From: Myxococcota bacterium
GTDB taxonomy: Bacteria; Myxococcota_A; UBA9160; UBA6930
Reading direction: 5' to 3'
Length of the DNA stretch: 64,000 nucleotides
Assembly (NCBI GenBank): GCA_965223705.1
Contig: OZ245015.1
Span: 1,856,001-1,920,000 of the forward strand
Under the pieces are notes generated by a model. It was not told where the DNA came from, made no database searches, and saw only the letters and a program-made list of their open reading frames with translations. Both the position numbers and the translations under genes were made by a program. Positions 29,026-37,103 of this stretch are shown piece after piece. Each line of letters begins with the position of its first letter. Position 1 is the stretch's first letter.

Positions 29026-30439
29026 CGCGCTCGCGGATGCGCCAGATGTCGAGACGGCGGACATGGCGGTCGACCCGACGCGCCCAACGCGTCTCCATTT
29101 TTTGCGCGTTCGCGATCAGCCAGTTCTCGAGGCCCCGTGCGTAGCCGCGGCGGCCGACTTCGTAGACGAACCAGGTCGCCGGACTCCTGTCGAGCTCTTC
29201 GGACCACGGGTATTCCGCGTCCCAGACTTCGCTTCGGTAGTCGGAGATGGTGACCTCATCGCCAAATCGCAGCTCGATGTTGGTCTCGACGATGTCGCCC
29301 TTGGAAGCGCGATCGACCACGTACGCGTAGGCCGCCGCGTACGAGATGGCCGACCGCTCGATGAAGTAGGACGCTGTTGCGGGCAGTGATGCTGCGACCA
29401 GCAGGCCGAGCGGGGCGAGAGCCCCGATGGATCCGACGGTTTTCCTCGTCTCATCGTAGATTCCGCCGCAACACATGCCCGCGGACAGGTAGAACCACGG
29501 AAAGGCGACCGTCACGTAGCGCGGCACGACATTCATCAGGTACCCAGCGATCGCCAGGACGGGAAGAGTCACCCCGACAGCGATGAGGGCGAGCGCGGCC
29601 ACGTGGCGGTCCGCACGGCGCCACAGCCACCAGAGGCCGAACCCGACGGCGGCCGTCACCGCGAGCGTCAGGTGATCGAGGGTGAGGACCGGGATCTGGC
29701 GCCACGGCGGTGTCTTCCAGGGCTCGTACCCGAGCCACACCGAGAAGAGGCGGATGACGATCGGCGAGGCCGCGAGCGCTCCGACCGCGCCGAGCCCCAA
29801 GCTGATGGCGAAGGTCTTCCGCACGCGCGGCTCCGGCACGAGGGCGTCGAGCCGGAGCGCGAGCAGGCAGTAGAGACCGGTGATCACGAGCGAGAGCGAG
29901 GCCACGAAGTGACTGCTCGTCGCCGCTGCGGCGCACACCAACGCGAGAATCCAGTCGCGGAGGTTCGCATGGCGCAGATACCGGAGGAAGAAGCCGAAGT
30001 GGAGCGAGCCGAAGAGAAAGACGGTCGCGTAGTAGCGGGCGAACTGTGAGATCTCGACGTGGAACGCGCTCACGCAAACGAGCGCCGTACCGCAGGTCGC
30101 GCCGACACGGCCGATCGCCTGACGCGCGAACCAGTAGAACGCGAACAGGCCGAGGATCCCCGAAATGATGGCCGGGAGCCGACCGGCCCAGGCGCGATCG
30201 AGGGGGAGCTCGAGGAAGACGCGGGTGATGTAGTAATAGAGCGAGAACAGACCGCGGGCACCGGGATTTTCCAGCGCGGTCGCCAAGGTGATCGGCTCGT
30301 CGCCCCGGATGTCCCACGTGCCGGCTCCGTAGACGCGCAAGATCGCGCCGACGACCAGCGCGCCTACGAGGACAAGCGTGATGATGACCTCGCGCCGCTC
30401 TCCCGTTTCGGCGGCGGCTCCCGGGTGTGACTGACTCAA
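29015..30439 (-). CDS. multi-pass GT-C glycosyltransferase (PMT/ArnT-like); start uncertain
   Basis: AILR..DIRGDE first-loop DE motif, RLPAII, SQFARYYA, about 11 TM segments. Confidence 0.75.
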   Translation of the reverse strand: MSQSHPGAAAETGERREVIITLVLVGALVVGAILRVYGAGTWDIRGDEPITLATALENPGARGLFSLYYYITRVFLELPLDRAWAGRLPAIISGILGLFAFYWFARQAIGRVGATCGTALVCVSAFHVEISQFARYYATVFLFGSLHFGFFLRYLRHANLRDWILALVCAAAATSSHFVASLSLVITGLYCLLALRLDALVPEPRVRKTFAISLGLGAVGALAASPIVIRLFSVWLGYEPWKTPPWRQIPVLTLDHLTLAVTAAVGFGLWWLWRRADRHVAALALIAVGVTLPVLAIAGYLMNVVPRYVTVAFPWFYLSAGMCCGGIYDETRKTVGSIGALAPLGLLVAASLPATASYFIERSAISYAAAYAYVVDRASKGDIVETNIELRFGDEVTISDYRSEVWDAEYPWSEELDRSPATWFVYEVGRRGYARGLENWLIANAQKMETRWARRVDRHVRRLDIWRIRERANP

Positions 30440-30602
30440 GCTCGTGGGCCTCGTGCGGTGGATAGGCAGCACAGCGGACGCTCGCCGGCGCCGCAACCGC
30501 AGCTTCGGTGAATTCCTCTACCTTCGTAGAAAGAAACGATCTTTCCAGTCAAGTGCGAAATAGGTCAGGACGATGGGTTTTTCACCACGCAGGAGCTGTG
30601 TG

Positions 30603-30689
30603 CTCCTCGAAGAGGCAAACCTGTGGAAACGCAGGGACGCAAAGCCGTTGCCCTCGCTCTGTGCAGGGTCGAACGGCCGTCGAAGGGAG
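30603..30689 (+). ncRNA. c-di-GMP-I (GEMM-I) riboswitch, variant with U at the C92-equivalent position
   Basis: Core GGCAAACCTGTG-GAAA-CGCAGGGACGCAAAGCC. P3 is GCCGTT/AACGGC plus GCCCT/AGGGT with a bulged G. P1 is CTCCTCG/CGAAGGGAG. Confidence 0.85.
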
Positions 30690-30694
30690 AACGG

Positions 30695-30781
30695 ATGCCT
30701 TTTTTGCTCCTGGGCCTGCTCGGCCTGCTCGGCCTGACGCTCGCGGGTTCTCGCTATGCGGAGCTCACGACGCGCCGCTAG
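30695..30781 (+). CDS. putative 28-aa hydrophobic small protein MPFLLLGLLGLLGLTLAGSRYAELTTRR
   Basis: SD GGGAG (the riboswitch P1 3' strand) 5 nt before the ATG, one TM-like segment, basic C-terminus. Below the ORF-track cutoff. Confidence 0.55.
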   Translation: MPFLLLGLLGLLGLTLAGSRYAELTTRR

Positions 30782-30793
30782 CGACCGCGCCGA

Positions 30794-31807
30794 CTACGCC
30801 TTCGCCGGAATCCACGGGGACACGTACACGCGTACGGAGCCACCGATGCCCTTGAGGTCGTCGGCGTCGATCAACATGCGAAACGAGTGGAAGAGATCCG
30901 GGTTCGACACTTCGGTCTCGTCCAGAACCGGTTGGGTGGCCACGATGCCGGCCGCCGGCGCGAGTTTGAGAATCCGCGAAGCCCGTGGGACACAGGGGCC
31001 GATCAAACCGACCCCGCGGCGAAAGCGGCTGCCCACCATGCCGACGACGACACGACCGTGATCGAGTGAAAGCCTCGGGAGCGGCAACGCGGGGTTCTTG
31101 TCGCGCAGGGCGACCAACCGACGGCGCATTTCGAACGCGGCAGGGACGGCCTCTCCGGGACCTTCGAAATAGAGCAGGGCGCCATCTCCTTCGAAGTCGT
31201 GGACGTCGCCGCAGTGGTAGACGCCGATCTCCGCGACGGTCTCCATGAACTCCTGAACCAGCGCGAGCACGTCGGGCGGCTCGAGTTCCATGACCAGCGG
31301 TGTCGAGTCGACCATGTCGACGAACAGCACCGTCAGGTCGCGCTGAAACGGAAGCTCGCGCCCGTGGAGGAACGAGCGATCTTCGAGGCTCGAGAGAAAC
31401 GGGTCGCCGCCCCCGGCATCGAGCTCCGGAGGCGAGTCGCCCGCCACCCAGGTGTACGAATCGCGGCGGCTCGCGTCGACGTTGGGTGTGTCCTGTCCCG
31501 CGAGGGCCCATGCGGAATAGCCGCCCGCGAGGACCGCGACGTCTCGGTAACCCAGGCTGAGGAGGAGCCGCGCCACGCGCGAGCTTGAAGACTCGCCGCT
31601 TCAGAGGCAGTACGCGACGATCGGCGTGCCCCGATCGATGTCGGGCAGCAGGATCGGATCGTCGTCGAGAAAAATCGGGACCGCATTCGGCAAACCCTTG
31701 GGCAGCTCCTCGAAGCCTTTCCGTCGCCGGACATCGAGCACCAGAGGTGCGTCGCTCGAGGCGAGCATCGGAGCCAGCAGGGCCGGCGTGAGGGTGTGGA
31801 TCGACAT
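30794..31807 (-). CDS. rhodanese (selenocysteine, CxU) - class III adenylate/guanylate cyclase fusion, 337 aa with UGA readthrough at 31601-31603
   Basis: ORFs 31601..31807 and 30794..31576 are in one frame, separated only by TGA. The joined sequence LVLDVRR..PIVAYCL-U-SGESSSSRVARLLLSLGYRDVAVLAGGYSAW is a complete rhodanese domain. Cyclase motifs TVLFVDMVDST and FEGDG follow. There is a strong SD (GGAGGAG) at 31807 and none before 31576. Confidence 0.8.
31566..31585 (-). promoter_or_regulatory. putative bacterial SECIS element
   Basis: mRNA +16 to +35 after the UGA reads AGC-U(bulge)-CGCGC-GUG-GCGCG-GCU. The apical loop starts with GU at +25. Confidence 0.6.
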
Positions 31808-31854
31808 GTTTTCTCCTCCCCGGAACGGTAGCGGTCCGCGCTACGCTCCGGCCT

Positions 31855-32640
31855 ATGCGCAGGTTTTTTGCCGCTGTTCTCGCCATCGCCTTCCCGGTAG
31901 CCGCTCCGGCCGTCGATTTTCCGATCGAAGACGCCGAAGTGCGTTCGTGCATCGATCGCTCTCTGCCCGAAAAAGCGATGACGCAGGAAATCGAGGTCCA
32001 CGTCCGCGATCAAGACGGGCCGGTGAGCGACTCCGCCGTCGAGCTCTACTGGAAGCGCTTCGAGCCGGATAGCTCCCGAGCCCTGCTGCGGTTTACGGAT
32101 CCGCCGCGACGCGCCGGGGTCGGCGTGCTCCTCATCGAAACCGAGGAGCCCGAGCCGGAGATGTACCTCTACTTGCCCGAGCTTCGGCAGACGCGCCGGG
32201 TGACCGGGAAAACCCTGGCCGGATCGATGCTCGGAACCGATTTCAGCTACGAGGATTTCGCTCATTTTCAGGGGATTGCCCTCGCGAGCGAAGTCGAGCG
32301 CATCGAGGATCGAGATCTCGACGGTCGGGCCGCGTTCGTCCTTGAGACGACGCCCCTCGACGAGAACTCCGGCTACCAGCGGATCCTGACCTTCATCGAT
32401 CGGGAACAGTGCATCCCTGTGCGGATGGAGTTCTTCGCCCGGAACGGCAACCTCCGCAAAGAGCTCGTCGTGCATCGCGACCAGATCCGAGAGATCGGCA
32501 ACCGGTTCATTCCGCATCGAATCGTGATGTCCGATCTCAAACAGGGCAGTCACACCGAGCTTGTCGTCGTCGACGTCGAAGTCGATCCGAAGTTGCGAGA
32601 TCGTTTCTTCGAGCCGTCCGAGCTCGAGATCGGTCGCTAG
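31855..32640 (+). CDS. outer-membrane lipoprotein-sorting (LolA-like) protein
   Basis: Signal peptide, LLRFTDP, MYLYLPELRQTRRV, MLGTDFSYEDF. This family usually accompanies MMPL/RND genes. Confidence 0.85.
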   Translation: MRRFFAAVLAIAFPVAAPAVDFPIEDAEVRSCIDRSLPEKAMTQEIEVHVRDQDGPVSDSAVELYWKRFEPDSSRALLRFTDPPRRAGVGVLLIETEEPEPEMYLYLPELRQTRRVTGKTLAGSMLGTDFSYEDFAHFQGIALASEVERIEDRDLDGRAAFVLETTPLDENSGYQRILTFIDREQCIPVRMEFFARNGNLRKELVVHRDQIREIGNRFIPHRIVMSDLKQGSHTELVVVDVEVDPKLRDRFFEPSELEIGR

Positions 32641-32647
32641 GCACCGA

Positions 32648-35359
32648 ATGTGGGGTCACGTGCTCTTCGGGCCGGCCCGGCGGCCGTGGCTCATCGGCGC
32701 GTTCGTCCTCGGCTTGAGCGTCGTCGCAGCGCACACCTTGTTCGATTTCCCGTCGGGTCGGTTGCGCCTCCCGATCGACGCCTCCATCGAAGGGCTCTTG
32801 CCGGCCGGTGATCCGGCTCTCGAGGTCTTCGAAGCCACGAAGGAAACGTTCGGCGACGACGATGTGCTGTTGATCGCGTGGTTCTCCGATGCGCTGTTTT
32901 CGCCGTCGGTCCTCACCGCGCTGAAGACATTTCACGGCGAGCTCGTCGCGATGGATTTCGTCGAGGCGGTCGACAGCCTGGTGTCCGCCGAGCGTCTGAC
33001 GACCGATGACGAGCAGACGCACGTCGAATCGTTCTTGGCCGAGATTCCGGAAGATGGGAAGGCTGCGCAGGACCTCGCCGATGCGCTCCTCAGCGACCCG
33101 CTCTACCGCGGCCAGATCGTTTCGAACGACGGCACGGGGACACTTTTCGTGGTTCGCTTCGCGCCCGGTGGGAGCGACGAGCTCGAAGCGCGGGTAGCGG
33201 CGGTGGCCGCCTCGGCCGCCGAGGCGGCACCGCCCGGCACGCAGAGCTTCGCGTCGGGACCGGTCTTCGCGCGGATCGAGACGAACCGGCTGCTGTTCCG
33301 GGATCTCCGCCTGGTGCTCCCGCTCGCCGTCCTCGGCACGCTCCTCGTGGCCACGCTCGGGATGAGGTCGCTCCACGGTGTGCTCCTGCCGCTGCTGGCG
33401 AACGGTGTGTCGCTCCTCGTGACCCTCGCGATCTACGCGGCGTCGGGCTTCTCGCTGAACTTCGTCACCGTCGTCATGCCGCCCGTCGTCTTTGTCGTGG
33501 GCTTCGCGTACGCGGTCCACGTGGTAAGCGATTTCGATCGTCAGGTAGCGAACGGGCTCGTGGGACGGGAGGCGATCGAAGCGGGGCTCACGGGCGCGAT
33601 CCTGCCGCTCACCTTGACTGCGTTCACGACGGCCATCGGTTTCGCTTCACTCGCGGCGAGCGCCATCGAGTCGATCCGGTTGTTCGGCCTGTTCTCGGCG
33701 CTGGGAACCCTCCTGGCCTGGGTCGCTTCCTGGGTCGTCGTGCCCATCGGCTTGCGGGCGATCGGAGCAAGCTCCGGCAAACGGGTCGGCACGGGCCGAC
33801 TCTTGGCGCTCGCCCCCAAGCTCGCGCATTTCGACGTTCGCCACCGCGGCGCGATCGTGATCGCCGGCGGGCTCATCGCTCTGGTGAGCCTACTCGCATC
33901 GACGCGGATCGAGGTCAGCACGGATTTCCTCGGGAACTTTCCGGAAGACAGCGCCGTGAGGCGAGACTTCGAAAGACTTTCGGGGAGCTTCTCCGGCGCC
34001 GTGCCGATTCAGGTGCTTCTCCGCGCGGACCGCGCCGGTGCGCTCCTCGAGCCCGGCGTCCTGCGCCAGATCGCCGAGCTCGATCGCTGGCTCACGGAAC
34101 AACCGGAAATCGGCGGCGTCGCGTCCTTCGCGGATGCCGTCGCGCTTCTCTACCGCGGTTTTGCGCCGGGCATCCCCGAGGAGGAAGTCCCCGGGAGCGC
34201 CGGGCTCACCGAGCAGCTGCTGCTCCTGGGCGGAGGCGACGAGATCGCTCGCTTCGTCGACGCGCGCCACCGCGAGACACTGCTTCACGTCCGAAGTCGG
34301 GCCGTCGCGTCCGGCGACCTCGCCGCGTTGATTTCTCGCATCGAGCATCGCCTCGCGGAACTGGGGGGCGGCATCGAGGCGCACGTCACGGGAAGTTCGG
34401 TCCTGGTCGCGCGCACCATCGACGACATCACCCGCGGCCAGATGCGGAGCTTGCTCGGCGCGCTGCTCGTGATCTACGGGGTGCTCGCGACCCTGTTCGG
34501 CTCCTTCCGTATCGGAGCGCTGGCCCTGGTTCCCAACGCGTTGCCCATCCTGGTGTACTTCGGGCTCCTCGGCTTGTCGGGGATCACGCTCAACGCGACG
34601 ACCGGCCTCGTCGCCTCCATCGTCCTCGGCATCGCCGTCGACGACAGCATTCACTTTCTGTCGCGCTTCAACACCGAAGCGCGTCGCGTGGCGGACGAAA
34701 GAATCGGTGTCGAGCGGGCGCTCTCGACGGTGATCCGCCCGGTGACGTTCACGACCGCGGCGATGTGCCTGGGCTTCTTGGCCCTGCTCGCCAGCGAGCT
34801 CCGCAATCCGATGGATTTCGGAGTGCTCGCCGCGGCAACACTCGCGTTCGCCTGGTTGCTCGACTTGACGTTCACGCCCGCACTCGCGAGTCGTTTGAGG
34901 TTCGTCACCTTGTGGGAGGCGCTCACCGTCGACCTGGGCGCGGCGCCCCACCGCACGATCCCGCTCTTCTCCGGCTTGACGCACCGACAAGCGCGGGTCG
35001 CCGCACTGATGGGGACGATTCAGTCCTTCGACGGGGGGACGCGGGTGCTTCAGATCGGCGACGAGGGGAGTGAGATCTGCGTTGTGATCGACGGGGAGCT
35101 CGTCGCGACGCTCCCCCGCGAAGGAGGTGACCGCGTGCTTCGCCCGCTCGAGCGCGGCGACCTCATCGGCGAGGTGGCGTTGTTTCACGGGACGCGCACG
35201 GCCAATGTCGATGCGCGCACTCCGGTTCGGGTGCTGCGGCTCAACGACCGGTGTCTCGAGCGCCTGCAGGATCGCTATCCCCGAATCGCCGCCCAGCTGT
35301 ATCGGAACCTGGGAGATATTCTCGCGTCGCGGCTCGCCGACACGACGGGCCGGCTGTAG
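32648..35359 (+). CDS. MMPL/RND-family transporter with C-terminal cyclic-nucleotide-binding domain
   Basis: ATG 32648. Two TM repeats (TTAIGFASL; LGIAVDDSIHFL). CNB domain IPLFSGL..GDEGSEICVVIDGEL..GDLIGEVALFHGTRTANV. Confidence 0.88.
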   Translation: MWGHVLFGPARRPWLIGAFVLGLSVVAAHTLFDFPSGRLRLPIDASIEGLLPAGDPALEVFEATKETFGDDDVLLIAWFSDALFSPSVLTALKTFHGELVAMDFVEAVDSLVSAERLTTDDEQTHVESFLAEIPEDGKAAQDLADALLSDPLYRGQIVSNDGTGTLFVVRFAPGGSDELEARVAAVAASAAEAAPPGTQSFASGPVFARIETNRLLFRDLRLVLPLAVLGTLLVATLGMRSLHGVLLPLLANGVSLLVTLAIYAASGFSLNFVTVVMPPVVFVVGFAYAVHVVSDFDRQVANGLVGREAIEAGLTGAILPLTLTAFTTAIGFASLAASAIESIRLFGLFSALGTLLAWVASWVVVPIGLRAIGASSGKRVGTGRLLALAPKLAHFDVRHRGAIVIAGGLIALVSLLASTRIEVSTDFLGNFPEDSAVRRDFERLSGSFSGAVPIQVLLRADRAGALLEPGVLRQIAELDRWLTEQPEIGGVASFADAVALLYRGFAPGIPEEEVPGSAGLTEQLLLLGGGDEIARFVDARHRETLLHVRSRAVASGDLAALISRIEHRLAELGGGIEAHVTGSSVLVARTIDDITRGQMRSLLGALLVIYGVLATLFGSFRIGALALVPNALPILVYFGLLGLSGITLNATTGLVASIVLGIAVDDSIHFLSRFNTEARRVADERIGVERALSTVIRPVTFTTAAMCLGFLALLASELRNPMDFGVLAAATLAFAWLLDLTFTPALASRLRFVTLWEALTVDLGAAPHRTIPLFSGLTHRQARVAALMGTIQSFDGGTRVLQIGDEGSEICVVIDGELVATLPREGGDRVLRPLERGDLIGEVALFHGTRTANVDARTPVRVLRLNDRCLERLQDRYPRIAAQLYRNLGDILASRLADTTGRL

Positions 35360-35373
35360 CCCGCGAGCAGCGG

Positions 35374-35886
35374 CTAGGGGATTCGCCCCTTTTCCATCGC
35401 TTTTCGATAGGAGCAGTCCGCGGGCGAGCGGCACTCGGCATAGATCTCGTGCCGGTGGTCGCGGATCGTGAGCCCATGAGCGGCGGCGACCTCGCGCTGT
35501 CGCGCCTCGATCGCCTCGTCTTCGAACTCGAAAATCTGTCCGCAGGTGGTGCAGATCAGATGGTCGTGATGGGCGCCGAGATCCGCGAGTTCGTAGCGCG
35601 CCTGGCCGTCCGTGAAATGGCGCTCCTCGGCGACCGAGGCGTCCACCAGTAAACGCAGCGTTCGATATACCGTGGTGAGGCCAACACTTGGATCGAGTTT
35701 CTTAACGTTGTCTGTGAGCTCTTGGACGGTGAGGTGGCCGTTCGATTCCAAGAACACGTTGAGCACGAGGTCCCGTTGCCGCGTGTGCTTCAGCCCTTCA
35801 CCTTCCATGTGCCGAGCGAGGAGCGAGCGCGCGCGCTCCGCGCGGGCGACTGCCGCGCGGCTTCGTTCGCTGTCGCTGTTCTCCAC
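35374..35886 (-). CDS. fur: Fur-family transcriptional regulator; start uncertain
   Basis: TRQR, HLTVQEL, VGLTTVYRTL, HHDHLICTTCG, HRHEIYAEC. Confidence 0.88.
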   Translation of the reverse strand: MENSDSERSRAAVARAERARSLLARHMEGEGLKHTRQRDLVLNVFLESNGHLTVQELTDNVKKLDPSVGLTTVYRTLRLLVDASVAEERHFTDGQARYELADLGAHHDHLICTTCGQIFEFEDEAIEARQREVAAAHGLTIRDHRHEIYAECRSPADCSYRKAMEKGRIP

Positions 35887-35961
35887 CCGAACCCCCTCGC
35901 AGACCTCCCGGCAATGAAATCCCAGAATGGGATCGCTTGCCAACTCATCGCCTGCACGGGG

Positions 35962-36912
35962 CTACCGGACGGTGACTCCGAGCGCCTCGAGGGTTCGCAA
36001 GGTCAGCGTTCCCACCGGTAGCCCTTGCGCCGTCTGGAACGACTCGACCGCGTGCGCCGTCTCTCGCCCGTACACCCCGTCGATCTCACCGGGGCTGTGT
36101 CCGGCGTTTCGCAGGGCGCGTTGGACCTGGGTCACGGTTGCGGCGGACATGTTGGTCTCGCAGAGAATCTCCCGCCATTCCATCGCCCCGTCCCGAACGA
36201 GCTTCCGTTGGCTGACGGTCGCGTATTCGGCCGGTACCTCGACCTTCTCCTCCCGGGAGGGCTCGACCATCTTTCGGACCTTCACGGTCTTGTACTCGGC
36301 GGGAATCGGCACGCGGCGCGTGGTCGCAGGTCGCTTGAGCACGCGTTTCCGCACGGTGTCGTATTTCGCCGGCTGGATCACTTCGCGCGTTGACTCCGGC
36401 GTCTTCAGGACGCGGCGCCGGACGGTTTTGTACTCCGCGGGGACCTCCACGAGGCACATGATCTCGCCGGTCGCGTTGTCGACGCGTTGAATGGGGCCCG
36501 TCCCTTTTTTCCAGACCGTGTGGGCGGGTTTCACGAGGACTTGCTCCTCGATCCATTCAAACTGCGCGGGGACTTTCTCGAGCGTGGCCATTTCCGGAGA
36601 CACCAGCACTTGCTGAGATTCCCACGCGTAGACCGGCGGGACGACTTCGATTTTCTCTGAAGCCTCCTTTACGAGAACTTCTTCTTCGACCCAGGCGTAT
36701 TTCGGCGGAATCACTTCGATGCGCGACGACGCTTCTCGCGTAATCACCTGGCGGTTCTCCGTTTCGTACTGCGGCGGGACGAACACACGCGCGTAGCAAT
36801 GTCCGGGCTGCGCATTCGGCGGGAGGAACTCTTCCGAGGCGCGGGTTGCCGGGGAGGTGGTCAAGATGGTCACCGCAGCGGCCACGGCGGCGACGAAACG
36901 GGGGATGGACAT
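35962..36912 (-). CDS. secreted repeat protein with C-terminal peptidoglycan-binding domain
   Basis: Signal peptide, repeated V/IPAxYxTVxxxVLxxPA units, PG_binding_1-like VQRALRNAGHSPGEIDGVYGRETAHAVESFQ. Confidence 0.85.
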   Translation of the reverse strand: MSIPRFVAAVAAAVTILTTSPATRASEEFLPPNAQPGHCYARVFVPPQYETENRQVITREASSRIEVIPPKYAWVEEEVLVKEASEKIEVVPPVYAWESQQVLVSPEMATLEKVPAQFEWIEEQVLVKPAHTVWKKGTGPIQRVDNATGEIMCLVEVPAEYKTVRRRVLKTPESTREVIQPAKYDTVRKRVLKRPATTRRVPIPAEYKTVKVRKMVEPSREEKVEVPAEYATVSQRKLVRDGAMEWREILCETNMSAATVTQVQRALRNAGHSPGEIDGVYGRETAHAVESFQTAQGLPVGTLTLRTLEALGVTVR

Positions 36913-37042
36913 CGAGCACGGCTCCTCGTTCAATCAGAAAGCGAACGGCGTTTTGTCTGCGAGTCTTCGCATGCTGCCCGGAGCGGCGAAACCATTTCAA
37001 GCGTTTCGATGCAGGCCCACAGGCGTTTTCGAAAAAGGCAAG

Positions 37043-37076
37043 AAAAAGCCCCTCAACCGCAATGGCGTTGAGGGGC
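37043..37076 (-). terminator. Rho-independent terminator after the sigma/anti-sigma operon
   Basis: 10-bp stem GCCCCTCAAC/GTTGAGGGGC followed on the minus strand by TTTTTCTT. Confidence 0.75.
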
Positions 37077-37103
37077 CTTCGCTACTCCGCTTTCCAAGGG
37101 CGT

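Noticed and set aside
30794..35359. Pycsar anti-phage system (cyclase + CNB effector)
   Set aside because: The genes are divergent rather than operonic, the CNB is on an MMPL transporter rather than a TIR or small TM effector, and there is no defence-island context. Kept only as an analogy for substrate specificity.
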